Source of the DNA: Planctomycetota bacterium
GTDB taxonomy: Bacteria; Planctomycetota; SZUA-567; H5-PLA8
Assembly: GCA_045863855.1 (NCBI GenBank)
Contig: BTVV01000016.1
Location: 1 to 64,000 of the forward strand
Direction of reading: 5' to 3'
Length of the DNA: 64,000 nucleotides
Positions 38,290 to 49,068 of this stretch are shown here, piece after piece (the stretch's first letter is position 1; each line of letters opens with the position of its first letter). The notes beneath the pieces are model-generated. The model worked only from the letters and a program-made list of their open reading frames with translations. It was not told the origin of the DNA and made no database searches. A program made the position numbers and the translations under genes.

Positions 38290-40764
38290 TTGGGGCACAT
38301 CGAAGCCCTCCCTGGATTGGAAGCCTTGCCCTTGCTTTCGCACGCGCTGGCCGGACTGATGCTCTTGCCGCTGCCCGCGCTGGGGGCTTTGTGGATGCGC
38401 GCGGTGCTGCGTACGCGCGATGCATTTTCCGTCTGGGTGCTGGGCGGATTTGCCGCCTGTGCGGCGCATACGGTGCTCTTGAACGCAGCGTGCTATCTGT
38501 TCCGTCCGGGTGACGCGGCCTGGATGCTGATGGCGTTCGAAGCGTGTCTGCTGCTTATCTGCGGCCGGCATGCGCTGCGGGGCGAGACCTTTGACGCGAG
38601 CGCGTTTCGCGCCGAATGTGGCGGACTATTTTGGGCGCTGCTCCCGCTGGGCGTTTTCGGCTACGTCTCAGGCGCGCAGGCGGGCGTCACCGACCAGCTC
38701 AACCACGCCAACAGCATCGGTGTCATGCAAGCGCATGGGCTGCCTATGCCGCATCCGTACGATCCCGGGCAGGTCTTCATGTACCACTACGGCTCCGACT
38801 TGATCGGCGCGGCGTATGGACAGGCGCTCAATGCTCCCGGCGTGGAAATGCTGGATGGGTGGCTGGGCCTGGAACGCTTCTGGACGCTCCTGCTGCTCGT
38901 GGAGTTCGTGCGCGCGGCGGCGGCGCACGAGCGTCGGACGCTTCCGCTCGCGGCGTACGTGGGCGGCCTGCTGCTCTTTGCACTGGGCGGAAGCTTCGGC
39001 TGGCTGGAATGGCTCGCCGGACGGCAGGCGTTCCTGGAGACCCTGCGGCGCGGCTTCGTCGAAGGCTTCTTCGAGAGTACGCGTGTGCCGGCGCTGGGCT
39101 GGGGCTGGCCGTGCTTCTTCGGTGTGCTGGCCTTGACCCTGCGCTGGCCAGATGCTGCGCGACAGCATGAACGCGAAGCGCCTCCGCATGCGCTATCCAG
39201 TCCGCTTCTCCCGCTTGGCCTTGCCTTGGCCGCAACGATGCTGGGCGCGCCACATGTCGCTGCTGTCTTGGGCGGTGGATTGCTGGTCTGGTGCGCTGCG
39301 CGTCACCTCACCAAGCGGGAGAGCGATACCGGCGCGTGGGCTTTAGCGGGTCTACTCGGCGTGGGCCTCGCGGCGGTGCAGGGCGGCCAGTTGACCGGTT
39401 CGCTGCTGGGGTTCTACGGAAGCGGGCAGCTTGAACTGGCTTGGAACGGTTCGCTCTGGCCCGAGTTTCCGGCCTGGGGTGAGCGCGTGCGGCCGGGTCA
39501 AGACGGTTATGCCTATTACGGTTGGCGTGAATTGGGGCCGCTGCTCTGGACCGGTCCTCTGCTTTGGGTGTGGACATTTTGGCCGCGCGCGCAGCAGCCC
39601 ACGGCGGCGCGGATCGCGCTTGCGCTGGGACTTCCGGCGCTCGCATTCTCGGTCTGGTTTCACCTCGAGCGCGACCCGATCGGCTTGGGCCGCTTCACGC
39701 AGCTTTATACGGGCTGCGCGTGGCTGGCCTTGGGCGTCTGCGCGGGTTGCGCCTTGAGTTCTCGGCTTATCGCCGCCTCGAGAGGCGGACGGTGGGCCTT
39801 GCTCTCGGTGGGCGCGCTGCTTGGGGTGGGCCTCAGCTTCGAATCGATCCGCTTGGGCACGGACTGGTTGCTGCATCCCCATCCTGCGGTCCCCTTGCGC
39901 TTCGCCGCAGGCCAGGTCGCGGCGCTGCGGCACGCTGCCACGCAGGATCCCAAGCTGGCGGGAGTGCTTGCGTACGGAGCGGACGGCGCGCCGGTGGCTC
40001 CGGCCTTGCTGGGTACGCCGATACGCTGCATCGATCCGGGGCTGAACGAGTGGGGGCAGCGCACCCAAGCTTGGCAGCGTGCCGTGCAAGCGCCTTCGGC
40101 CGGAAGCGCCCAGGCGCTGGGCCTGTCCTGGATCTGCGCGTCGCCCGAACAGATGCCGCACGCGATTCCGCTTCTGGAAGGCCGCTTGGATTTGGAGCCG
40201 CACGGCGCGTTCGGAGAACCAGGCGCTTACTTTCTCTACCGCACGACACACCGGCCGCTATCCGGTGCGCCCATTCTGGCGCGCTGCTCTTGGCTACGGC
40301 GCGAGCCGCTGCAAGCGGTGGCTTGGGGGCGCGAACCCCTGGAGCGATCTGCGCAGGTGGCGCTGGTGGACGGCGATCCGCGCAGCGCCACGGAATTGCC
40401 TCTGTCGCGTTGGGCCGCGGAGGGACTCGTGTTGGCATTGCGCGCGCCAACCGGAGGGCGAGCGCCGGTCTTAAACTTGTTTTGGGTGCTGGTCGACGAA
40501 AGCGTATCCGATGAACGCGCAGCCAAAGTCCTGGGTCGCGTGGGACTCGAATGCTTTAACGTCCAAGGCGCGTGGCAGGCCGTGGAATCGCGGTCGTTAG
40601 GCGATCCGTTCGGACCGCGTGCGCGCGCCTGGTACGTACCCGCCGGCTTGTCTAGCGGTTCGATTCGGCTGCGTTGGGCAGGGGAAGCTACGGAAGGAAC
40701 ACTGCGGGTGGCCGAAGTTTATGCGGGAGCGGTGGGCTGGGATGCCGGAGTCCCGCGCGAATGA
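38290..40764 (+). CDS. Large polytopic membrane protein, GT-C-like
   Basis: Many TM helices, TDQLNH and YHYGSDL loop motifs, soluble C-terminal domain. Start uncertain. Confidence 0.7.
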   Translation: MGHIEALPGLEALPLLSHALAGLMLLPLPALGALWMRAVLRTRDAFSVWVLGGFAACAAHTVLLNAACYLFRPGDAAWMLMAFEACLLLICGRHALRGETFDASAFRAECGGLFWALLPLGVFGYVSGAQAGVTDQLNHANSIGVMQAHGLPMPHPYDPGQVFMYHYGSDLIGAAYGQALNAPGVEMLDGWLGLERFWTLLLLVEFVRAAAAHERRTLPLAAYVGGLLLFALGGSFGWLEWLAGRQAFLETLRRGFVEGFFESTRVPALGWGWPCFFGVLALTLRWPDAARQHEREAPPHALSSPLLPLGLALAATMLGAPHVAAVLGGGLLVWCAARHLTKRESDTGAWALAGLLGVGLAAVQGGQLTGSLLGFYGSGQLELAWNGSLWPEFPAWGERVRPGQDGYAYYGWRELGPLLWTGPLLWVWTFWPRAQQPTAARIALALGLPALAFSVWFHLERDPIGLGRFTQLYTGCAWLALGVCAGCALSSRLIAASRGGRWALLSVGALLGVGLSFESIRLGTDWLLHPHPAVPLRFAAGQVAALRHAATQDPKLAGVLAYGADGAPVAPALLGTPIRCIDPGLNEWGQRTQAWQRAVQAPSAGSAQALGLSWICASPEQMPHAIPLLEGRLDLEPHGAFGEPGAYFLYRTTHRPLSGAPILARCSWLRREPLQAVAWGREPLERSAQVALVDGDPRSATELPLSRWAAEGLVLALRAPTGGRAPVLNLFWVLVDESVSDERAAKVLGRVGLECFNVQGAWQAVESRSLGDPFGPRARAWYVPAGLSSGSIRLRWAGEATEGTLRVAEVYAGAVGWDAGVPRE

Positions 40765-43130
40765 TCCTCCTGCAAGGCGCGGCCTGCGCGCTCCTGCTGC
40801 TTTTGCCTTGCGCTTGCGGCGCGGCGTGGGTCGCGCGGGTTTGGAAGACGCGCGACGCCGGCACGTGCCTGACGCTGGGCAGCGCTGTCGGCCTGGCGGC
40901 ACACTTGGTGGCGCTTAACGCCTTGAGCTACCTTCAGGTCCCGGTTGCCGCAGGCTGGATCCTCGCGGCGGCCGAAGCACTGCTCTGGGTCGCGCTGGTT
41001 GCGTTAAAGCGTTTCCGCTTCGAGTTTCGGGACTGGATCGAAACGATGCGTGCGGTGGCGCCGGTTCTCGCGCCGGTGGCCTTGGCCTGGGCTTACGATG
41101 CGCTGGAAGACGGCGGCACCGATCAGCTTACTCATTCGGCCAAGGCCATGGTTCTCGCGAAACACGGACTGCCCGCGCTGCATCCTTTCGATCCGCAAAG
41201 CGTCTTTGCCTATCATTACGGACCGGACTTATTGGGCGCGGCGTGGGGCGGCATGACCGGATTGTCGCCGTGGTGGACGTTTAACGTCTGGCTGGCGGCG
41301 CTGGGGATCTTGGCGCTGTTGCTGGTACTCGAAGGGTTGCGCGCGGCTTTCGCGGCCCATGGTACCGCATTAGATGCCTGGACCGCGCGGCTGGGCCTGG
41401 CGGGATTCGCGCTTGGCGGGAGCTTCGCCTGGACCGAATGGCTGCGCGGAGCGGAGCCCTTCTTTCCGCCGCAGCGCGCGGCCTACGCGTGCGAAGGGTT
41501 CGCGTACTGCGCCAAGACGCTTTCGATGGGCGCGGGGTGGGTGGGCTTGCTCGCACTCCTGGTGGCTTGGCTGCGCTGGCCGAAGCACGATCCCGCTGTA
41601 ACGGACACCTGGGGTCCGGCGTTACCGGTGGGGTTGCTTCTAGGCGGCGGCTGGCTGCTGGCTCCGCATGCCGCGTTTCCAATGGCCTGCGTGCTTGCGG
41701 CGGCCGGCTTGGCGCGTTTCGCACCTCGGTTCGTGCAGGCTCCGGCCATCGAATGGCGTGCGTTGGGGGTCGTTTGCGCGTTGGGCGTAGGGCTGGGCTT
41801 CGTGCAAGGCGGCGCCTTAACGTCACAACTGCTGGACTTTCCCGAAGCGGCGGAAGCGCGCCTGGTTTGGACGGGTTCGTGGTGGCCGACCATTCCCGCC
41901 CTGGTGGACGGGCGCATGACGAGCGTTTCGTTGCGCGAGCCGTTGGGCTTTACTCTATCGTGGCGCGAATTGGGTCCGGTGGCGGGGGCGCTCCTGTTTC
42001 TAATCTTCGCTTGGCGCGGGACCTCGGCGCATGCGGCGGGCATCCGCCTGATCCTGATGGCGACGCTGCCCGCGTTGGCGCTGGGTTTGTACGCGCGCGT
42101 GGGATTGAACGCGTTCGAGACGTACCGCTTCAATCAGTTTGCCTTGACCGGCGCGTGGTTGTCCGCCGGCCTTTGGTTGGGCAGCTGGTGCGAGAGCAAG
42201 CCCGCGTGGCTGCCGAGGGCGTGCGCCTGTGTCCTGGCGGGCGTGCTGAGCTTACAAGGCGTGCGCTACTTGGCGCAGGGGGTGGCGGAGCCCGTTCCGT
42301 ATCTGCCCTTTCAATACGATGCGGGCCAGGCGGAAGCGGTGGCGTTCGTGCAAGCCCGCGGCGCGCTGCGCGAAGGCGTATTGACCGACGTGCTGGGCTT
42401 TTCCGCCGTGCCCGGCCTGACCGGCGAGCCGGTGGCGTGCGCCGATCCAGGAACCGATCGCTTCAACCGGCCGGGCGACGCCTGGCTACGTGCGTTGGAT
42501 ACGCCATCGCCACGCAATCTGCGCGCCGCGCGCTGCCGCTGGCTCGCGCTGCGCCCCGAACAATGGGCGCGCGCCGCGCCGTTGCTGGAAGGTTTGAGCG
42601 CGTTTCGCCGTGTACAGACCTTCGGCGAAGTGCCGGCCTATGCGCTTTATCGGTACGACGGAAGCTGGGAACCGCCGGACGGTTGCTTGTGGCAGGCGAG
42701 AAAGCTCCGGCGCCATGCGGCGACGCGAGCCCTTTGCGACGGCCTCCCTGCATCAGAACGCGCGCTCTTGGCGTGGCTGGACGGAAACGCCCAAAGCGCG
42801 GCGGAGCCGGGACAGGAAATTATGCTCGAATTGGCTCCCGATGCGGAAGGCCGTGCGCCAAAGACCAATCTGGTCTGGCTCCTCTGCGCACAGCCGTGCC
42901 CCGAAACCGGCTGGCGGCTGGAGATCCTGGAGCAGCGCGAACGTGTCGACGGATTCACCTATGCGTGGACGGAAATCGATGCGGCTTCCGCCGAGAAGCT
43001 GACCTTGCCCGAGCGCCCGCACGTCTGGGGACTCGGCTTTGCCCCGCACGCGGCGGCGGCGATTCGGCTGCGCGCGAACGGCCCCGCGCCTTCGATCTGC
43101 GAACTGTACGCGGGAATGGTGGAGCCATAA
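40761..43130 (+). CDS. Large polytopic membrane protein, GT-C-like (tandem paralog)
   Basis: TDQLTH, YHYGPDL, FALGGSF.W.EWL, VQGG.LT and WRELGP shared with the upstream gene. ATGA coupling. Confidence 0.72.
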   Translation: MILLQGAACALLLLLPCACGAAWVARVWKTRDAGTCLTLGSAVGLAAHLVALNALSYLQVPVAAGWILAAAEALLWVALVALKRFRFEFRDWIETMRAVAPVLAPVALAWAYDALEDGGTDQLTHSAKAMVLAKHGLPALHPFDPQSVFAYHYGPDLLGAAWGGMTGLSPWWTFNVWLAALGILALLLVLEGLRAAFAAHGTALDAWTARLGLAGFALGGSFAWTEWLRGAEPFFPPQRAAYACEGFAYCAKTLSMGAGWVGLLALLVAWLRWPKHDPAVTDTWGPALPVGLLLGGGWLLAPHAAFPMACVLAAAGLARFAPRFVQAPAIEWRALGVVCALGVGLGFVQGGALTSQLLDFPEAAEARLVWTGSWWPTIPALVDGRMTSVSLREPLGFTLSWRELGPVAGALLFLIFAWRGTSAHAAGIRLILMATLPALALGLYARVGLNAFETYRFNQFALTGAWLSAGLWLGSWCESKPAWLPRACACVLAGVLSLQGVRYLAQGVAEPVPYLPFQYDAGQAEAVAFVQARGALREGVLTDVLGFSAVPGLTGEPVACADPGTDRFNRPGDAWLRALDTPSPRNLRAARCRWLALRPEQWARAAPLLEGLSAFRRVQTFGEVPAYALYRYDGSWEPPDGCLWQARKLRRHAATRALCDGLPASERALLAWLDGNAQSAAEPGQEIMLELAPDAEGRAPKTNLVWLLCAQPCPETGWRLEILEQRERVDGFTYAWTEIDAASAEKLTLPERPHVWGLGFAPHAAAAIRLRANGPAPSICELYAGMVEP

Positions 43131-43136
43131 AACGCC

Positions 43137-44999
43137 CTAGCGGTTGCGTTCCAGCTCGTCGCGAAGCTGCGTAGCAGTCGCAGACCACGGCGAAGCATCG
43201 GGAATTGTGGCCAGATCGGCGGCGGCTGCGTTCAATCGCGCGTTGCGTTCCGTGCTGCCTCGCGGCGCTTGCCCGGCGCGCGTCAACAGAATGCGCGTCC
43301 GTGCGATACGCAGTTCGGCATTTTCCGGCTGCAAGTGCAACGCTTCGTCAAACCGTGCTTGGGCTTCATCCCAACGGTGCTCGGCCTGCGCCATAACTCC
43401 AAGCCAGCCAAGCGCTTCGGCACGCACGTCCGGCAGGTCGGTCATGCCTGCGCCCGGCGCCGCTGCCGCTTCGAGCGCCTTTCGCGCCAACTCGGCGCGG
43501 CCTTGCTCTAGCCGGTTCTTGCCGACTTCCAGAGCCACGGTGGCTCGGCGAAGTTGTCGCTCGGCGTCCACGCAATCGAGCATCGCTTCCCATTGCTCGA
43601 AGGCCAGCTCGCGAAAACGGTCGGCTTCCTCGCGCGTATGCAGATCGGCGCTTTCTTTGCGCGCGTACCAGCGCTCGAAGAGCGTCTGACCCAGCGCGTA
43701 TCGCGCGAATGCCGCGCGCGGCTCCTTGCGCACGGCGTCGGCGAAGAGCGATCCGGTCTCGCGCCAGACCGCGCTGCGCTGGATGGAACTGAGCCCCCAT
43801 GCGGCGAGGAGGGCGCAGACCAGCGCACGCAGCAGGGCTTCCGCACGCGGGCCGCGCGTTTCGAGCTTCCAGAGTCCGGCCAGCATCTCGGCCGCGACGA
43901 GCAGGAAGCCCGGAAGCGCCAGATACGCATAGCGGTCGGCCATGACGTAGGGAATCGCAATCAGGTTCAAGCTCGGCCCCAGCGCGCCGAAAAACCAGAG
44001 CCAGCCCAGCGCGACGCGCGCGCGGTCGCGGCTCAGGCGAAAACTGAGCGCAATCAGCCCGAACAGCAGTGCGGCGTTTAGCCAAAGACGCGGATCGCTC
44101 AAGCTCACCAGCGGCTCGATGCCGTATGCCGCACTGAGGCGCACCGGCGCGACGATATTGAATAGATACCGAAGCAGAATTTCGGTATCGGTCAACAGCG
44201 CCGTAAAGACCGAGCCGCCGGGCGGCGGCATGAGATATGCACGGTGTCCCCGAATGCCCAGCCAAATAAAGACGCCTGCCAGCAGGCACGGCAGCGCGAG
44301 GTTCAGCGTGGTGCGTTTCCATCCGCCGGCCTCGCGCCAGACCGGCCGGCCCGCGGGGCCGCTCCAGCCGCCGACCTCCAGAGCCGCCAGCAGCGGCACC
44401 AGCCCCAGCGCACTTTGCTTGCTCTGTAGCGCCGCCAGCAGCGCCAGGGACGCGAGCGGCGCGCGCCACTTCTCACGCGGCACGCCCAGCCAGGCGTAAA
44501 CGGAAAGAAATCCGAAAAGCCCGGCCAGCGCGTTTTTGCGTTCGCTCACCCAGCAGACCGTCTCGCATTGAAGCGGATGAAGCGCGAATCCGACGGCCAG
44601 AGCCAGCGCGGCGGAGCGGCCGAGGCCCAGCCGCGCGAAGATGCGCAGCAGCACGGCCGCGGCGCCGAAGTGATACAGCGCCGTCATCCCGCGGGCGCCG
44701 GGCGCCCAACTGCCTTTCCAGGCGTCCAGCCAGCCCGAGAAGAGCGCTTGGTCGATGCGGTAGCTCAGCAGCGTGAGCGGAAAGTATGTCTCGTCGGCGT
44801 GCGGCACGAAGAGCGCGTGCCACGGCGTTTCGGCCTTCAGCGCCCAATGCTCCAGCACGTGAGCGCCATCGTCGTAGGCCAGAAACGGAGCGTCCCAGCA
44901 ATGCGCGAGCGGAAGGATCGCGGCCAGCGCGAGGATTGCGAATTCGCGTGCGCCAAAGCGCGGGCAGTCCGGTTGCGGAAGCGAGGCGGGTTCGGTCAT
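43137..44999 (-). CDS. TMTC-like GT-C/TPR glycosyltransferase
   Basis: FLAYDD, FALHPLQCETVCWVSERKN, MADRYAYL and TPRs. Confidence 0.85.
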   Translation of the reverse strand: MTEPASLPQPDCPRFGAREFAILALAAILPLAHCWDAPFLAYDDGAHVLEHWALKAETPWHALFVPHADETYFPLTLLSYRIDQALFSGWLDAWKGSWAPGARGMTALYHFGAAAVLLRIFARLGLGRSAALALAVGFALHPLQCETVCWVSERKNALAGLFGFLSVYAWLGVPREKWRAPLASLALLAALQSKQSALGLVPLLAALEVGGWSGPAGRPVWREAGGWKRTTLNLALPCLLAGVFIWLGIRGHRAYLMPPPGGSVFTALLTDTEILLRYLFNIVAPVRLSAAYGIEPLVSLSDPRLWLNAALLFGLIALSFRLSRDRARVALGWLWFFGALGPSLNLIAIPYVMADRYAYLALPGFLLVAAEMLAGLWKLETRGPRAEALLRALVCALLAAWGLSSIQRSAVWRETGSLFADAVRKEPRAAFARYALGQTLFERWYARKESADLHTREEADRFRELAFEQWEAMLDCVDAERQLRRATVALEVGKNRLEQGRAELARKALEAAAAPGAGMTDLPDVRAEALGWLGVMAQAEHRWDEAQARFDEALHLQPENAELRIARTRILLTRAGQAPRGSTERNARLNAAAADLATIPDASPWSATATQLRDELERNR

Positions 45000-45009
45000 G
45001 CGCAGCGCT

Positions 45010-47202
45010 CTACTCGCCGGTCTTTGGAGCGGCGGGAGGCGGCTCGGGCGCCGGAGCTTTAGGTGCATCCGGCTTCGGCTCGTCGGACTTTGGCGGAGTA
45101 GCGGTTGTGCCGGGCGGCTTCATCTCTTTGAGAAGCCGTTTGGCTTCGAGGTACTGCGCCGAATCGGGTCCTACTCTTTTTAATGCGGCTTGCGCGCGTT
45201 CGAAATGCCGGCGCGCGGCGGCCAGGTCGCCGCTGCGTTCGGATAGATTATCTAGCGCGATCTCTGCGCCAGCCTGCACGAAATAGGCGTGGCTCAGTAC
45301 CGGACAGGCTTCCACGGCATGCTGCGTGAGCCGCACGACTTCCGCCGCCGCCGCGACACGTGCCTCGAGGGCCGTTTCGCGCAGCCAGGCTTCGTGCAGG
45401 TACGATTCGGCCAGTGCGAGGTACGCTTGGCCCAGCATATCGAGCCGGTAGTAGTACGAACGCCCGTCGATCTGCATACGCCGGAAGCCCGCCTTCAGCT
45501 CGGTTTCCAGCAGGCCGGCTTCCGCGCCTTCCGGCGGCGGGGGCGGCGGCAGCCAACCTTCCAGCGCTCGTCGGCTCTTGAGGTACAGGAGCGGGTCCAA
45601 CCCCGAGACGGCCAGATCGACCGCGGCCTTGGCGATTATCATGCGTACGCGCAACGGGTCGTAATAGCGGTACGCGTCAGGGCAGCGCAACGCGCGTTCG
45701 AGTTGCCGGATCATCTCGATGCGCAGCCGGATACCCATCGAAAGCCGCTCCAGCGGTACGGGCAGCTTGCGGACCCACTCTTCATCGGGGTCGTCGCCGG
45801 CCGGCGTCAGGAGCTTCGGATCGATCTGCGGATCTTGGTCCTGCGCGCGCCGAGCCAGAACGATCGCGTATTGGATGCGCGCGAGCCCCGCATCGGGCTG
45901 CAGCGCCACGCTGTCGGCCATCAACCGTGCCGGATCGCCCCAAAGTTGTCCGCGCGGCAAAGCCAGCGCGCCCAACGCCACGACGTAGCAACCGCCGATT
46001 AGGAGCCCCGACGCGCTGGGACCCGGTTGGGTCGCGGCGGCGGCGAAGGCGTTGCGCAAGTGCCCGAAGAGCCCCGCGGCGGTCTCCAGCAGCACCAGCA
46101 GAAGGCCGATCATCGGAAGGTACACAAAGCGGTCCTGCATCGTGAAGCTGATCGCGACCAAGTTGGCCGCCGGAGAGAGCGCGCCGAAAAACCAGAGCCA
46201 GCCGAAGAGTGCGCGGCGACGGTGGCGTGCCAGAAACACGCTGATGAAGATCGCGGTGGCCAAGCCGAGGCCGTATAAGTACAGGCGCGGATCGGCCAGC
46301 GAGGCGATATCCGCAACCCCGTAAATGTGAGCGAGTCGCACCGGCGCCACGATCAGGATCGCGTAGCGTGCGAAGATCTCGACATCGGTCAACAGTGCGT
46401 AGAACCAGTGCCCGCCCGGCGGCGCGACGAGGCGAATCTGCCCGGCATCCACGCCCCACCACGCGAAGAATCCGGCCAGCAACGTGAGCGGTACCAGCCG
46501 CCAGACCAGTCCCGCGTACGCACCTGCGGTGCTGCGCTCCCGTTCGTACTCGGCGGCGTTTAGCCGCAGCCGGTCGGGTCCGCCCAACAGTTCCAGCGCC
46601 ACGAAGACCGGAAACCAGCCGACGCCCGCTGGCTTGCTCATGCAAGCCAGCGCAAACCCCAGCGCGCCCAGCAGCAGGCCGGCCCACGACGGAAACCAGC
46701 GCACGTAGGCGTATAGGCCGGCCAGACCGAAAAAGACCAGCAGCACGTTGTTGCGCAACGTGATCCACGCGACGCTTTCGCAGGCGATCGGATGCGCCGC
46801 CCAAGCCAGCGCCACGAACAGCGCTTCCATCCGTTTCAGTCCCAGGCGGCCCAGCAGCGCCGCCAAGATCAGCGCGCTCAAGCCGTGAAATATCGCGCTG
46901 ACCAGCCGGAAGCTCCACGGCGCCTCGCGCCCGAAGATCTCGAAATTGAGCCGGAAGCTGACCTGCGTGATCGGTGCGTAATGCGTGTCGTGGGCTTTGG
47001 TGAACGGTTTGTACCAAGGCGTGTCTTCGGCGAAGAGCTTGTTGTGCAGCACCAGGCTCTCGTCGTCCATAATGCTGAACGGCGCGTTGAACGATCCGGC
47101 CACCGGCAGGAACGCACCGGCAAATAGCACCAGCGCCGCTACCGTCCACCAGACGGTGGGCGGCCACTCCGGCCAGTCTTCGCCCGTACGCTCGTCGGCC
47201 AT
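45010..47202 (-). CDS. TMTC-like GT-C glycosyltransferase with helical C-terminus
   Basis: FSIMDD, WAAHPIACESVAWI, CMSKP, MQDRFVYL. Start reassigned to MADERTG. Confidence 0.83.
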   Translation of the reverse strand: MADERTGEDWPEWPPTVWWTVAALVLFAGAFLPVAGSFNAPFSIMDDESLVLHNKLFAEDTPWYKPFTKAHDTHYAPITQVSFRLNFEIFGREAPWSFRLVSAIFHGLSALILAALLGRLGLKRMEALFVALAWAAHPIACESVAWITLRNNVLLVFFGLAGLYAYVRWFPSWAGLLLGALGFALACMSKPAGVGWFPVFVALELLGGPDRLRLNAAEYERERSTAGAYAGLVWRLVPLTLLAGFFAWWGVDAGQIRLVAPPGGHWFYALLTDVEIFARYAILIVAPVRLAHIYGVADIASLADPRLYLYGLGLATAIFISVFLARHRRRALFGWLWFFGALSPAANLVAISFTMQDRFVYLPMIGLLLVLLETAAGLFGHLRNAFAAAATQPGPSASGLLIGGCYVVALGALALPRGQLWGDPARLMADSVALQPDAGLARIQYAIVLARRAQDQDPQIDPKLLTPAGDDPDEEWVRKLPVPLERLSMGIRLRIEMIRQLERALRCPDAYRYYDPLRVRMIIAKAAVDLAVSGLDPLLYLKSRRALEGWLPPPPPPEGAEAGLLETELKAGFRRMQIDGRSYYYRLDMLGQAYLALAESYLHEAWLRETALEARVAAAAEVVRLTQHAVEACPVLSHAYFVQAGAEIALDNLSERSGDLAAARRHFERAQAALKRVGPDSAQYLEAKRLLKEMKPPGTTATPPKSDEPKPDAPKAPAPEPPPAAPKTGE

Positions 47203-47786
47203 CAGCCCGCCACCTCGTGCCCGTCCAGAAGCGCACCCGATTCGAGATCGAAGATACGGACCTCGAAGCGCGGGCGGCGCTGGCCTTCTTCCGGGTCGTG
47301 AATCGTGAGCAGCCCGTACGAGACCGGCAGTTCGAAGCGCCGCGGCCCGCACGAACCGGGATTGACGAACATTGTCCCGTTGTACTCCTGGACCCGGGGT
47401 TGGTGCGTGTGGCCGGTCAGAATCAGACGCGGGCGTTCGGCTTTCATCACCGCCGCCACCGGCGGAAGCGGCTCCTCGGGCGTGCCGAGGTAATGCGTGA
47501 TCAGAATCGAGACGCCGTGAAGATCGCGGAGGGCGAAGCTGGGAATGCGTAGCGCCGGGACGCATACATCCACGTTGCCTTTCACTGCGGTAACCGGTGC
47601 AAGCCGCTGGAGGTCGGCAAGCACCTCGGGCGTTCCGACATCCCCGGCATGTAGAATCTCCTCGACGCCCGCAAGCGCGGCGACCATTTCCGGCCGCAAC
47701 AGCCCATGCGTGTCCGATATCAGCCCGATCCGGTAAGGGCCTTTCGAGAGTAAGCGTCGGCGCGAGGAGCGGCGTGGAGCGGTCAC
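47202..47786 (-). CDS. YfcE/MJ0936-type metallophosphoesterase
   Basis: ISDTHG, HAGDVG, KGNVD, GHTHQP, NPGS. Start uncertain. Confidence 0.9.
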   Translation of the reverse strand: MTAPRRSSRRRLLSKGPYRIGLISDTHGLLRPEMVAALAGVEEILHAGDVGTPEVLADLQRLAPVTAVKGNVDVCVPALRIPSFALRDLHGVSILITHYLGTPEEPLPPVAAVMKAERPRLILTGHTHQPRVQEYNGTMFVNPGSCGPRRFELPVSYGLLTIHDPEEGQRRPRFEVRIFDLESGALLDGHEVAG

Positions 47787-47875
47787 GGTGTGCTTCCAAA
47801 TAGAGGAATTCCGGCGAGGCGCATACCTCACAACATAGTCTTTTGCTCGATTCTTGGCGAGGACCAACCCTCGCC

Positions 47876-47905
47876 TTGACAGTAGGGCTGGGGTGCCCTT
47901 ACGCT
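47876..47905 (+). promoter_or_regulatory. Candidate sigma70 promoter for tyrA
   Basis: TTGACA-N18-TACGCT upstream of the gene. Confidence 0.4.
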
Positions 47906-48013
47906 GACCTGAAAGGAAGTGTTACGAGCGCTTGGAGTTAGCGGTGCGGCGGATCACCATTAGCAACGCCTGTGCCGAATCTGATTGGAACTGCGGAAGA
48001 GGAAGAACGAACG

Positions 48014-48958
48014 GTGTTGCATCGACTTTGCATTGTGGGGTTGGGGCTGATGGGCGGCGCAGTCGGCTTGGCCGCGCGCAGGCACCGTGCGGCGACGCGC
48101 GTCATCGGCGTCGGCGATCAACAAGAAACCATCGATAAAGCGCGCCGCATGGGCGCCGTGGACGACGCGACGCTCGACGTCCGGGAAGGTGTCCGCGACG
48201 CCGATCTGGTCATTCTGGCCGTGCCGGTGCGCTTGATCCCCGATGTCGCCAAGGCCATCCTGGGTTCGCTCCGCCAAGGCACCGTCTTGACCGATCTGGG
48301 CAGCACCAAGGCGCCGGTCGTGCACGCCATCGATCATCTGATCGCGCAGTCGAAAGCCCCCGTTCACTTCGTGGGCAGCCATCCCATTACCGGAAGCGAG
48401 AAGTCGGGCATTGAAAGCGCGGGTGAGGTGCAGTTGGAGGAAGCCTCCTGCATCCTGACGCCCACGCAGCAGACCGATCACGAAGCGTACCGGACCGTCG
48501 ACGACTTCTGGAAGTCGCTGCAGATGAAGACGCAGCGCATGGCGCCCGAAGAACACGACGCGGTTCTGGCGCGCAGCAGCCATCTGCCGCATCTGGTCAG
48601 CTACGCGCTGATTCAGGCCCAGACCAACCGCAGCCTCCAGTTTTCCGGGCCGGGCCTGCGCGATCTGACTCGCCTGGCGGGAAGCGACGTGCGCCTCTGG
48701 ACCGATATTTATACGCAGAACGCGAACGAAATGGCGAAGGTGGTGAAAGAGTACGCCGATTCGATGCAAGCCTTGGCGCAGGAGTTCACGGCGCTGGCTC
48801 AAGCCGGCACGCCGGGTTCCGAAGCCGCGCGCGAGCGCCTCTTCCGCTACCTCGCCGACGCCCGGCAGCGCCACGACGAACGCTTCCCGCCCGGCAAGCC
48901 CAAGGCACCAGAACCGGATATCCGCGAGAAGGATACGCAGGTGGTGCCGCAGCAGTAG
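48014..48958 (+). CDS. tyrA: Prephenate/arogenate dehydrogenase
   Basis: IVGLGLMGG, TDLGSTK, VGSHPITGSEKSG, HD...A.SSHLPH, GLRDLTRLA. Confidence 0.92.
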   Translation: MLHRLCIVGLGLMGGAVGLAARRHRAATRVIGVGDQQETIDKARRMGAVDDATLDVREGVRDADLVILAVPVRLIPDVAKAILGSLRQGTVLTDLGSTKAPVVHAIDHLIAQSKAPVHFVGSHPITGSEKSGIESAGEVQLEEASCILTPTQQTDHEAYRTVDDFWKSLQMKTQRMAPEEHDAVLARSSHLPHLVSYALIQAQTNRSLQFSGPGLRDLTRLAGSDVRLWTDIYTQNANEMAKVVKEYADSMQALAQEFTALAQAGTPGSEAARERLFRYLADARQRHDERFPPGKPKAPEPDIREKDTQVVPQQ

Positions 48959-49068
48959 GGGTATCCGGCCCGCAGAGAGGCGGCGCCGAATGAACGAAAG
49001 ATCCGCGCGCATTTGGGGTTGTTGAATATACGGATTGAGACTTTCTGATAGTTCTCCACGGAATGCAT

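Noticed and set aside
47203..47799. N-terminal extension of the 929-aa ORF
   Set aside because: Off-frame overlap with the metallophosphoesterase. The real start is 47202.
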